The position numbers and the translations under genes were made by a program. Positions 25,190-36,616 of a DNA stretch of 64,000 nucleotides are shown piece after piece. Source of the stretch: Heterodontus francisci (taxonomy: Eukaryota); the NCBI RefSeq assembly GCF_036365525.1, contig NC_090385.1, positions 43,829,775-43,893,774 of the forward strand, read 5' to 3'. Position 1 is the first letter of the stretch; the number at the start of each line of letters is the position of its first letter. A model generated the notes under the pieces. It was not told the DNA's origin. It searched no databases and worked only from the letters and a program-made list of their open reading frames with translations.

Positions 25190-27919
25190 GAGGGATCCAT
25201 CTGAGAAGGAGAGGAACGGGGAGGCAGCTGCAACCAGCAACCCAACACCTACCCTGTGCCTGGAAACCCCTCCTCAACACACAGAATCCATGGAGGAGGA
25301 GGCAGCAGTGGGACAATCGGATGAGTGGCAAGTGGTCAAAAAGAAAAACCCCAAAGAAAAAGCCCCCAAAAAGGAACAGGTCACCACCCAAACCAGTGGC
25401 AAGATGAGGCTACCGTCTGAGACGTACTATGGTAGCTGCTCCTCATCAGACGAGGAAGGGCCGGAAAGAGGGCACATGCAAAAGAAGCAGCAGAACGCAA
25501 AGGAGCTGGAAGAGAAAGCCCCCTAGCTCCGTGGCACTGGAAGCAGCGATGGGCCCAGCGGGCCCCAACCCAAAAGCACTGAACCCAGTGAGATGCCCAG
25601 CACACCCCAGCTCCAGGAGACTGAGAGCAGCGAAGCGTCCAGCGCACTCCAGCTCTGGGAAGCCAAGAGCACAAACGTCCTCGAGGAGGAACAGAGGGGA
25701 AAGATACCACCAGCAGAGGACAGTCCAAGCCTTGCTGCCTACAAGATCCCGCCGATGTCACCCCAGGGGAAAGAAACCCCCGTGAGTAACCAGAAGGATT
25801 TTCTGAGCCTAACGCATGTGCAACAGCTTGTGCACTTTATGGGTATGCAGAAAAATATCCAAGGATTGGGACTAGTAAGAATACCTGGTGTGGTAAGCAA
25901 CATCCATTTTTAAATGGGTATAAAGATTGCTTCTATTAACGTGCATAGCATTAAATCCACTACGCGATGTGTTTCAACTTTGGGCTACCTCGCCAAGGTC
26001 AAAGCAGACCGACTGATTCTGCAGGAGTGTGGGATACCGCACTTCAGCACTTATAGACAATGGTCACAATGGTGGTCCCACGGGCGATCGATCTGGTCAG
26101 GTGGAAATGATTCCCGTTCCTCTGGCCTGGGTATTCTGCTGTGGGGAAGCAACTTCACCATCTCCAAAGTTAAGGAGGTGGTGGGCGGCCACCTCCTCAT
26201 AGCAGACGTAATGTACAACAATGCTCCGCTCTGTTTGATCAACTTGTACCCCCTGGTACAATACAGAAAGTGGCTTACCATCCTCCAGCAGCTCCCACTG
26301 CTGCTGGTGACATCCAGGCCAGTCATTCTAGGCGGTGACTTCAGCTGCATCATTGATGCAGCTGGATGATCCAGCAGTGACGACAGTAAACAGGACGCTA
26401 TGTCCAAATTCCTAACGGAAACAGTAAAAGATGCCAAGCTGCATGACGTCTTCAGCAACCCTACAGACGAAGCACAGCATAGATACACCTGTTCAAGAGT
26501 GGACGGGTCTGCCCGTTCCAGGATTGACTTCTTCTTTGTGTCCTGTGCTTTCACGGTCAGATCCACTGACATCAAGCCAGTGTTCTTCTCTGACCACTGC
26601 CTCCTACTGGTTGACTGTCACTTACAGGACGACCAGCGGGTTGGCAGGAGGACATGGAAGCTGAAGGTAACACTGCTGACCCCAGAGAACATTGAGGAAC
26701 TCAAAAAGGATTACAAAGATTGGAGAACCAGGAAACCTCTCTTTGAGACTCCGGTGCACTGGTGGGAAGTGATCAAGGTGCACATCACCAGGTTCTTTAT
26801 TCTCAAAGCTGTTCAGAGAGCAAGAGAGAGACAGAGGGAAATGTCCCAACTCCAGAAAAGAATGCAGAATTTGCTCCTGCTGCAGTCGATGGGGATGAAG
26901 GTCAAGGAGGACCTCCAAAATCATCTTCCAGTCCAGAGTCTGCTCTGTTGAGCAGGAAGAGACGTGCTCATGCTTCTTCTTCCAAAAGGTGGACAGAGAG
27001 AGCTCTGTGATCAGCAACCTGAAGGAAGAGGACAGCTCGGTGTCGTCATCGCAGTCTGACATACCAAGGATCAGCAAATCCTTTTAATGCCAGGCTGTAT
27101 GACATGAAGCCCACAGACAGCACAGCATCCCAGTCCTTCCTGTCAACTATCACAGAGGTCTTAGGTGACAGCATGCAGGAAAGTCTGGACAAACCACTAA
27201 CTCTGGATGAGCTGACAAAGGCTGTCAGGTCCTTCAAGACGAGTAAAACTCCCGGAAGGGATGGCTTACCAATTGAGTTGTATTCGACTCTGTGGGGCTG
27301 GATTGGCCCTGACCTGCTAGAAGTATACGAGAGTGTGCTTCTGGCCAGCAGCATGTCAAAATCCGTGAAGAAAGGCACCATCACCCTCATCTACAAGCGG
27401 AAGGGGGAGAGGGCGGAAATCAGAAATTGACTGCTCACTGCTTAATGTAAACTACACGATTCTGTCCAAAGTCATCGCCAGTTGGGTCAAGTCTGCTCTG
27501 GAGTTGGTGATTCACCCTGATCCCGACCTGTACTGTACCCGGAAGGAAGATCTCTGATAGTCTTGCGCTACTCAGGGATACGATTGCCTATGTACAGGAC
27601 TGGGGGTGGACACCTGCCTCATCAGTTTGGACCAGGAGAAGGCTTTTGACATGATATCACACACATGCATGATGGATGTGCTCTCCAAAATGGGGTTTGG
27701 GGAGGGAATCTGCAATTGAATCAAACTGCTCGACACAAACGTCAATAGCACAGTCTCAAACAATGGGTGGGAATCAGAACGTTTCTGATCAAATCTGGAT
27801 TCAGACAGGGCTGTCCTCTCTCCCCTGTCTTGTTTGTTTTCTGTATTGAACCTTTTGCTGAGTCCATTCAGAAGGATGTGGGTATAAGAGGGATGACATT
27901 CCCAGGCAGTAGAGCACTC

Positions 27920-28087
27920 CTTTGTTATCTCTTGCCCCACCCCCACCTCACCTACTTATAACCTGTGACTTTTCTAATATTTGTCAGTTCCGAAGAAGGG
28001 TCACTGACCCGAAATGTTAACTCTGCTTCTCTTTTCACAGATGCTGCCCGACCTGCTGAGTATTTCCAGCATTTCTTGTTTTTATTT
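27920..28087 (+). mobile_element. Penelope-like element 3' terminal repeat (pLTR) fragment
   Basis: 5-bp TSD CACTC (27915-19 and 28088-92); interrupts the Tx1 RT just before YMDD; near-identical to 28509-28647. Confidence 0.75.
27986..28022 (+). ncRNA. Minimal type I hammerhead ribozyme motif, variant core
   Basis: AGTT-CCGAAGA-A-GGGTC act GACCC-GAAATGTT-AACT; the core differs from consensus at U4 and in the stem III palindrome. Confidence 0.55.
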
Positions 28088-28506
28088 CACTCAGGTCAAA
28101 GCTTCTCTGTACATGGACGACGTCGCCGTCTTCTACTCAGATCCACTATCCGTTCTCAGGCTGATGAGCATCTGTGACCAGTTTGAACTGGCCTTGGGAG
28201 CCAAAGTAAATCGCAGCAAGAGTGAGGCCATGTTCTTTGGGAACTGGGCCGACCAATGCTTTGTTCCCTTCACCATCAGGTCAGACTACCTGAAGGTGCT
28301 GGGATATGGATCAGCGGGGCAGGGCCGTGCGCCAAAACCTGGAAGGAGCGAGTAGCCATGGTACACCATAAGCTGAGCATGTGGGAGCAGCGTTCTCTCT
28401 CCATTGTGGGTAAGAACCTGATCATTATGTGCGAGGCGCTCATGTTGTTGCTGTATGTGGTGCAGGTCTGGCCCATAACCCACTCCTGCGCCGTGGCGGT
28501 CAACCG

Positions 28507-28547
28507 AGAGTTCTGAAGAAGGGTCACTGACCTGAAACGTTAACTCT
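28507..28547 (+). ncRNA. Minimal type I hammerhead ribozyme motif, intact core
   Basis: Stem I AGAGTT/AACTCT, CTGAAGA plus an extra A, stem II GGGTC/GACCT, GAAA-CG-TT with palindrome AACGTT; predicted cut after 28541. Confidence 0.72.
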
Positions 28548-28647
28548 GCTTCTCTCTCCACAGATGCTGCCAGACCTGCTGAGTATTTCCAGCATTTCTT
28601 GTTTTTATTTCAGATTTCCAGCATCCACAGTATTTTGCTTTTATTTT
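28509..28647 (+). mobile_element. Second Penelope-like pLTR fragment
   Basis: Same sequence as 27986-28087 plus CAGATTTCCAGCATCCACAGTATTTTGC; no TSD seen. Confidence 0.75.
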
Positions 28648-29510
28648 AGTGGTCTGCACAGAATGTCCTCAAGGCCCTACGGGAAAAAGAGATGGTGGAT
28701 CCTCTCGGATGGTTCCCCGAGCAGACGGCCAAAGTCATTTGGCAGAATACCTCATCGCCAGAACTTTTAAATAAGCACCAAGACGTAGCTTGGCTGGTAG
28801 TGAGAAGGGCCCTCTCTATCAGATCCTTCCTGCATGCCCGGAATCTCACTGCCTCTGCACGCTACCCTCGAGGTGGCTGCAGTGGGGAAGAGACTGTTGC
28901 CCACCTCTTTCTGGAATGTGCTTTTGTAAAGCAAATGTTGAAAGCGATGCAGTGATTTCTGTCGAGATTCATCCGGAGCAGCTCGCTAACACAGGAGTCT
29001 GTGCTCTACGGTCTGTACCCAGGGACTTATACGGAGATAAACATCAACTGCTGCTGAAGGACCATCAACTCGGTGAAAGATGCTCTATGGTCTTCCCGAA
29101 ACTTGCTTGTCTTCCAGTGCAAAGAGTTGTCCACGACCGAGTGTTGCAGACTGGCACATTCCAAGGTCCAGGACTACATGCTGAGGGAGGCACTAAAGAT
29201 TGGAGCAGCCGCCACAAAGACTCAATGGGGAAAGGCTACTGTGTAAGGTCCTCCCGCCATAGTGAACTGAGGGGCTGGAAACTGTGTAAAACCCCTCCGG
29301 CTGTATGCACCAAAATATGGTTTTGTTGTGTAATGCAAATGTACATTGCATGTAAAATGGAATGGAAGGGTTGTGAGGCAACTTACGTTCTGTATTGAAG
29401 AAAACTGATCTCTTTTGCACTTTCAGGAATGTCAACTTGGAACAGTTTTGAACTATTTTGTAATATATTTTTTACAGATTTTTAAGAATAAAGCATATTT
29501 TTGGAAAAAA

Positions 29511-29600
29511 TAATCCTCGGAGTGCTTGCTGGGGCGTTGCACAGAGACCTTTGCTTTGTAGTTAACCCTCAGGCCTTAACTGGGAGTGCTAATGGACAGT
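29511..29600 (+). repeat. ~64-bp tandem repeat, right part
   Basis: CTCGGAGTGCTTGCTGGGGCG at 29516 and CTGGGAGTGCTAATGG at 29580. Confidence 0.65.
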
Positions 29601-30239
29601 TTCAAAGGAGCTGGTCTCTTCACCTAACCATGCTGAAAATGAATGCCTGAAGTGGTGAGTTATTCCATCCCCTGGACTGACACCTTTCACTTTGATGAAC
29701 AGAAAAATTTACACTAAAAAGCAATTAAAAAACCCACAAATAATCGTTGACAGGTGAATCTATTTAGTCCTACTGCTCATTCTCCAAACATTTCTATCTG
29801 GAATATCTAAGACTTTTTTGAATCAGATAATCCTTTGCAAAAGCACAATTCGGCTTACCATTTGTGATAAGTTTTGAGGGAACATTGCCTAATTTTCTCA
29901 AAAGGAACATCTAATTGAGCAGGGAATCAAACACCTCTGGTGCAAGCTCAAGAGGATCTAATTAAATGTCGCACTCACTAGCATGAGATAATATAGTTCT
30001 GGCCCTGTCAGTATTTGAGTTTTTGAACACTGCTTAGATGGCTGCTGTTCTTTTTGTGCCATTTGTGTATAAAGTGCAAGTAATTAAAATATGTGGGATT
30101 AACTCAATCTCTACTTATTTTATTTGTTTAACCTTTATTAACAACAACAATTTACATTTAAATAACACCTTTAATAAAACATCCCAAGGTGCATTACAGG
30201 AGAATTATAAAACAAAATATGACACTGAGCCACATAAGG

Positions 30240-31042
30240 AAGCTAAATTTTACAGACCCCCCGATGTCAGGGGTCATGGCTACGGGGGGAGGGGGGGGGC
30301 CAGAAAATTCCTCGGGAGAGGCCCGCCATAGACCTCAGCGCCGGGAAGGCCTGGCCCCATATTGCCGGTGGCGGCGAGGCCTCATGGCAGTCCCCTGTCA
30401 CTCATCGATGGGAGCCCAATTTCAATATGTAAATTAATTATAATTATCGCTGCACTCCCGCCATCTGACCTGGAGAGATATTGGTGCCGGTGGCCGGCAC
30501 TCCCATGCTTTCTGATCCCCATCCGGGGATCCGAGGTGGAACACTGGAGGGGTGAGCAGGTAAGTTTTCCAGTGCGGAGTTGGGGGGCGTGGGGTCAAAC
30601 CCATCTCATTGGTGTGGGGGATGGTGGGAAGGGTTACAGTGCACAGTTTATGAACTTTGGGAGGGTGAAGGTCAGGTGCACAAGGTTACATTTTGTGGGG
30701 GAGAGGGCAAGGAATTAATTCTATGGCTATTGGGGTGGGGTGAGAGGGTCAAGATCAATTTATTTAATTTTATTAAATCAATCTTAATACTTAAATTGAA
30801 ATGTAGGGCTCGAAGCACTTTAAAAATGGCGTCAGCACCTGTGCAAAGGCGGCTGACGCGATTGCTGGGGGCGGACAGCCCGCTCCCTCCACGTCATTGG
30901 GGTGGGGAGTCCGCCCCGGCTATTTAAATGAGCCCACCGAACTTAATATCGCAGCAGCTCTGCAACGTGTGGACCACGTGGGCAGACTCACCATTGTTTG
31001 CGTCCACCACCGACTGTGGAGGCGGAAGTATAAATGTCAGCC
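30240..31042. mobile_element. Harbinger-type MITE
   Basis: Degenerate TIRs AGCTAAATTTT...AAATGTCAGCC; homologous to 1391-2098. Confidence 0.65.
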
Positions 31043-31250
31043 ACGAGGTCAGATGGCCACAAGCTTGGTCAAAGCTTGTTTGCACGGAGTGAGGCTGTGG
31101 GTTGAGTGTGGGTATTTTCCTTGGCTGGGAGCGGTGGAACGTGCTCTTTGGTCTCTTTTTTTCTCAGTCTCAAAGGTACAGGGGATAAAAGCTGATTGTA
31201 AATAGCTGGTAAGTTATTACACTAGCAAAATTTCATTGTAAAGTTAAGTA

Positions 31251-32200
31251 ATGGCAGGGCAGTTTGGCCAAGTGGAATGTGTCTCCTGTGCAATGTGGGA
31301 AGTTGTGGACGTGCCATGTGACCTTGGCGAACACATCTGCAGGAAGTGTCTCCGGTTGCAGAAGCTTGAGCTTCGGGATTTGGAGCTCGAACGGCGGCTG
31401 GAGTCACTGTGGCGCATCCACAAGGTAGAGGACTACATGGATGGCACATTTCAGGAGGTGGTCAACCCGGTGCCGAGGCAAGCACAGACGGGGGGGAGGG
31501 GGGACTGGGTGGCTGCTGGATGGACAAAAAGGTCAGAGCAGGTAGTTCAGGAGTTCCCAGAGGACATCCCACTTTCTAACTGGTATTCAGTTGTGAGTAC
31601 CGATGGGAAAGAGGGTTCCTCTGAAGAGTGCACTGAGAGTCATAACCGAAACATCATGGGTGACTCAGCTATGCTGGGATGGAGAAAAAGGGACAAGAGG
31701 GCAATAGTGGTAGGGAATTCTATGGTTAGTGGAACAGATATGTGTTTCTGTGGTCACAGATGTGATTCCAGGGTGGCATGTTGCCTCCTTGATGCAAGGG
31801 TCATGGATATCACCGAACAGCTACAGAGTATTCTGGAGGGTGAGGGTGCACAGCCGGAGATTGTGGTCCACATTGGTACCAATGACATAGGTAGAAAGAG
31901 GGATGAGGTCCTGCAAAAAGAATTTAGGGAACTAAGTAGCAAATTAAAGAGTAGGACCTCAAAGGTTGTAATCTCTGGGTTTCTCCCAGTGCCAGGGGCT
32001 AGTGAGTGTAGGAATAGGAGGTTAGAGCAGATGAAGGCATGGCTGAAGACATGGTGTAGGAGGGAGGGCTTTAGTTTCCTGGATCACTGGGCTTGTTGAA
32101 GGTGAGATCTGTTCAAGTTGGACAGGTTCCACCTGAACTGGAGCAGGACCAACATCCTTGCTGGGATGTTTGCTAGTGCTGTTGTAGGGGGTGGGGTTGG
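31251..32200 (+). pseudogene. CR1 ORF1 (zinc finger plus SGNH esterase domain)
   Basis: CVSC...CRKC zinc finger, leucine-rich coiled coil, IVVGNSMV, VVHIGTNDIG, DRFHLN. Confidence 0.9.
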
Positions 32201-32349
32201 GGGGGTGGTGGTTAAACTAATTTGGCAGGGGGTTGGAATACAGAGTGGAGGTACAGTAGAGGGTGAGGTACAATCAAATATAGAAGAGAAACTAAGTCAG
32301 TCTGGAGGGCAGAGTAAATATAGACCTGTTAAGGCTCAAGCGAATAATG

Positions 32350-35053
32350 CAAGGCTGGATTGTATCTATTTTAACGCAAGGAGTCTTACTCGTAAGGCAG
32401 ATGAATTGAGGGCATTGATTAACACATGGAAACATGATATTATTGCTATTACTGAGACATGGTTGAGGGAAGGGCAGGACTGGCAGCTCAATGTCCCAGG
32501 GTATAGAATTGATTAAGGAGTCAATTACTGCAGTAATGAGGGATGATATCTTAGAAGGTTCCTCTAATGAGGTCATATGGGTAGAACTTAAAAACAAAAA
32601 GGGGGCAATCACTTGGCTGGGAGTGTACTGCAGGCCTCCAGGGAGAGATAGAGGAGCAGATATGTTGGCAAATCTCAGAGAGGTGCAAAAATAGTAGGGT
32701 AATAATAGTAGGGGATTTCAACTTACCCCATATTAGAGGAGATATTATTAGTGCAAAAGGCTTAAAGGGGGCAGAATTCTTAAAGTGCATTCAGGAGAGC
32801 TTTTTGAGCCAGCATGTACAGAGTCCTACAAGAGGAGGGGTGGTACGAGGCTTAATCCTAGGGAATGAAGCTGGACAAGTGGTAGAAGTGTCAGTGGGGG
32901 AGCATTTCGGGGATAGTGACCATAACTCTGTAAGATTTAAGGTAGTTGTGGAAAAGAACATAGAGGGACCGAAAATAAAAGTACTGAATTGGGAAGGCAG
33001 ATTTCAATAAGATAAAACAGGCTCTGGCCAAAGTGGACTGGAGCAGATTCTTGTTGGAAAGTCTACATCAGACCAGTGGGAGTCATTCAGAAAGGAAATA
33101 GTGAGAGTTCAGGTCCAACATGTTCCCATAAAGGTGAAGAGTAGGACCAAAAAGTCCAGGGAACCCTAGATGTTAAGGGATATAGAGGATTGGATAAGGA
33201 AAAAAAAGGAGGCTTATGGCAGATTCGGAGTGATGAAAACAGTGGAGGCCCCAGAGAAGTACAGAAAGTGCAGTGGGGTACTTAAAAAAGTAATTAGGAG
33301 AGCGAAGATGGGGCATGAAAAAACACTGGCAGACAAGATAAAGGAAAATCCCAAGGTTTTTATAAGTATATTAAGGGTAAGAGGATAACCAGGGAAAGAG
33401 TGAGGCCCATTAGGGACCAAAGTAACAATTTGTGTGTGGAGCCAGAGGACATAGGTGAGGTTTTGAATGATTCCTTTTCATCTGTGTTCACTATGGAGAA
33501 GGATGATGTAGGTGTAGAGATCAGGGAGGGGGATTGTGATATACTCAAACAAATCAGCTTGAAAAGGAGGAAGTATTTGCTGTTTTAGTGGGCTTAAAGG
33601 TGGATAAATCCCCAGGCCCAGTTGAGGTGTATCCCAGGGGCTGTGAGGTAAAGGAGGAGATAGCAGGGGCTCTGACACAAATTTTCAAATCCTCTCTGGC
33701 CACAGGAGAGGTACCAGATGACTGGAGGACAGTGAGTATGGTACCATTATTCAAGAAGGGTAGCAGGGATAAACCAGGTAATTACAGGCCAGTGAGTCTA
33801 ACGTCAGTGGTAGGGAAACTATTTGAAAAAATTCTGAGAGATAAGATTAATCTCCACTTGGAGAGGCAGGGATTAATCAAGGATAGTCAGCATGGCTTTG
33901 TCAGGGGGAGATCGTGTCTAACAAATTTGATAGAATTTTTCGAGGAAGTGACCAGATATGTAGATGAGGGTAGGGCAGTTCATGTGGTCTACATGGCCTT
34001 CAGTAAGGCTTTTGATAAGGTCCCGCATAGGAGATTGATTAAGAAGGTAAGAGCCCGTGGGATTCAAGGTAATTTGGCAAATTGGATCCAAAATTGGCTT
34101 TGTGGAAGGAGGCAGAGTGTGATAGTCCAGAGTTATTTTTGCGAATGGAGGCCTGTGACCAGTGGTGTACCTCAGGTGCTGGGACCCTTACTGTTTGTAG
34201 TGTACATTAATGATTTAGACGAGAATATAGGAGGTATGATCAGTAAGTTGGTAGATGACACGAAAATTGGTGGTGTTGTAAATAGTGAAGAGGAAAGCCT
34301 TAGATTACAGGACAATATAGATGGGCTGGTAAGATGGGCAGAGCAGTGACAGATGGAATTTAATCCTGAGAAGTGTGAGGTGATGTACTTTGGGAGAACT
34401 AACAACGCAAGGGAATATACAATAGAAGGTAGCACCTTAGGGAGTACAGAGGGTCAGAGGGACCTTGGTGTACTTGTCCATAGATCACTGAAGGCAGCAG
34501 CACAGGTAGATAAGATGGTTAGGAAGGCATGCAGGACACCAGCCTTTATTAGCCGAGGCATAGAATATAAGAGCAGGGAGGTTATGTTAGAGTTGTATAA
34601 AATGCTGGTTAAGCCACATCTGGAGTACTGTGTACAATTCTGGTCACCACATTATTGGAAGGATGTGATTGCACTGGAGAGGGTGCAGAGGAGATTCACC
34701 AGGATGTTGCCTGGGCTGGAGCATTTCAGCTATGAGGAGTGATTGGATAGGCTGGGTTGTTTTCCATGGAGCGGAGAAGGCTGAGGGGGTACCTGATCGA
34801 GGTGTACAAGATTATGAGGGGCATTGATAGGATAGATAGGAAGAAACTTTTTCCCTTAAAGGGGGGGTCAATAACCTGGGGGCATAGATTTAAGGTAAGG
34901 AGCAGGAGGTTTAGAGGGGAGTTGAGGAAAAAATCTTTCAATCAGAGGGTGGTTGGAATCTGGAACGCACTGCCTGAAGGGGTGGTAGAGGCAGGAACCC
35001 TCACAACATTTAAGAAGTATTTAGATGAGCACTTGAAACGCCATAGCATATAA
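32350..35053 (+). pseudogene. CR1 ORF2 (APE endonuclease plus RT), frameshifted
   Basis: YFNARS, ITETWL, DSDHNS, SCLTNLIEFFE, LVDDTK spread over several ORFs. Confidence 0.92.
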
Positions 35054-35405
35054 GGCGACGGGCCAAGTGCAGGAAAATGGGATTTGATTGGATGGGTGCT
35101 TGATGGTCGGCACAGGCATGGTGGGCCGAAGGGCCTGTTTCTGTGTTGTATAAATCTATGACTCTATAACTCTAAAGAGGTAGGTTTTAAGGATTGTCTT
35201 AAAGGAGGAAAGCAAGGTAGAGAGGTGGAGAGGTGTAGGGAGTGTATTCCAGAGCTTAGGCCTAGGCAACTGAAGATGTGGCCACCAATGGTGAAGCAAT
35301 TAATATATTAACTGTAACAATGCAGGATATTGCATTGAATACTATTACAAATTCCTTGAGTGTAATAGAAGGGTCACTGGAGATGGCCTTCCTGTTACAC
35401 TCAAG

Positions 35406-36492
35406 GGGCTGGATTTTACAAGCCCTCTGGTGACGGGCTGGGATGCCGGTAGGCATAAAATGGCAGGGAAAGGTGGGGGTTGGCATGTCGATTGTCTTCC
35501 GAAGGCATGGAATTTAACTTGGAGTGGTAAAGGTCGAGGATGACCTTCTCGCCCAGAGGCCAATTGAGACCTTTAAATGGTCAATTAAGGGTCACTTATG
35601 GGCTTCATCCCATCGCCACAGGCATTTTACCAGTGGTGGGGGGGGGGGCCGTCTGCTACATGGGGAGGCTGGCCAATTGAAATCATAGAATCATAGGAAG
35701 TTTAAGGCACAGAAAGAGGCCACTTGGCCCATCGTGTCTGTGCTGGCCGAAAAATGATCCACCTATTCTAATCCTACTTTCCAGCATTTGGTTTGTAGCC
35801 CTGCAGATTACAGCACTTGAGGTGCATATCCAGACTCCTTTTGAATGAGTTGAGAGTCCCAGCCTCAACTACCCTTTCAGGCAGTGAGTTCCAGAACCCC
35901 ACCACCATCTGGGTGAAACAATTTTTCCTCATCTCTGCCCTAATTTTTCTACCAATCACTTTAAATCATGCCCCCTAGTCACTGACCTTTCTGCTAAGGT
36001 GAATAGACCCTTCACCTCTACTCTATAGAGGCACCTCAACATTTTGTACAATCAAAGCTGGTGGCTTCCCTGTGGGAAGGATGAGGGGGTGGGAGGCCCT
36101 CCTGATTTGGTACCCTGTGGCCCACGGAGGGCACACCTGGCAGCAAGGGCTGGCCCCACTGAAAGACACCCCCTGCCCTCACTAATGACACTTCCCCCTT
36201 GTTGGGGGCCTGCTGACAGGTCCCAGTGAGCGCAAACACACTCACCTTAATTCCAGGGCCTCCTGCAGTACACCCAGTGGCATTGTTGGACCTGCTGAGC
36301 TGCCAGCTCTCTGACTGGAGGCTCTTGGAGTGGGATCTTGTCCCTTAAAGGGGACGGTATCCAAACAGTGGGCAGTTTATTGCCTACTTCACTTTGAATT
36401 CAGCCTGGGGTCTGACATATAGCTGAGACGGAGTTGACCCCTGCTTTCTGGCCCGTTGCTGGGACCCCCGATTCCAAAATAAAATTTAGCCC
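35406..36492. mobile_element. Harbinger-type MITE with a nested CR1 3' fragment (35683-36050, - strand)
   Basis: TIRs GGGCTGGATTTT and AAAATTTAGCCC; the nested CR1 is flanked by AATCA on both sides. Confidence 0.75.
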
Positions 36493-36616
36493 AAAGAATC
36501 TATAAAATGACAGCCAATCTTATATCCACACAGCCACAGTCCCTTTAATCCTAAGGGCTTCAATTTTTCCAATAAGTCTGTTATGAAATGCCTTTGAAAG
36601 TCTATATAAACAAAAT

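Larger units (their letters stand above)
22800..29510 (+). mobile_element. Tx1-clade LINE, 5'-truncated in ORF1, with nested insertions
   Basis: ORF1 triple zinc knuckles (CRTCGKSG, CKNCKQEA, CNLCGGAGHLYKTC); ORF2 APE endonuclease (ASINVHS, LQECG, GGDF, SDH), RT (RQGCPLSP, YMDD), C-terminal ETVAHLFLEC; AATAAA and A tail at 29510. Confidence 0.92.
31075..35173 (+). mobile_element. Near-full-length CR1 LINE, inactivated
   Basis: TSD AAAG; ORF1 and ORF2 present; tail CTATGACTCTATAACTCT. Confidence 0.95.
30140..35305 (-). mobile_element. L2-like LINE 3' end split into 30140-30239, 31043-31074 and 35174-35305
   Basis: (CAA)n tail, then GACACTGAGCCACATAAGG|...AAGCTTGGTCAAAG|AGGTAGGTTTTAAGG reads through once the inserts are removed. 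Confidence 0.7.

Noticed and set aside
22680-29600. CRISPR-like repeat array
   Set aside because: Degenerate tandem units without unique spacers, eukaryotic context, no cas genes
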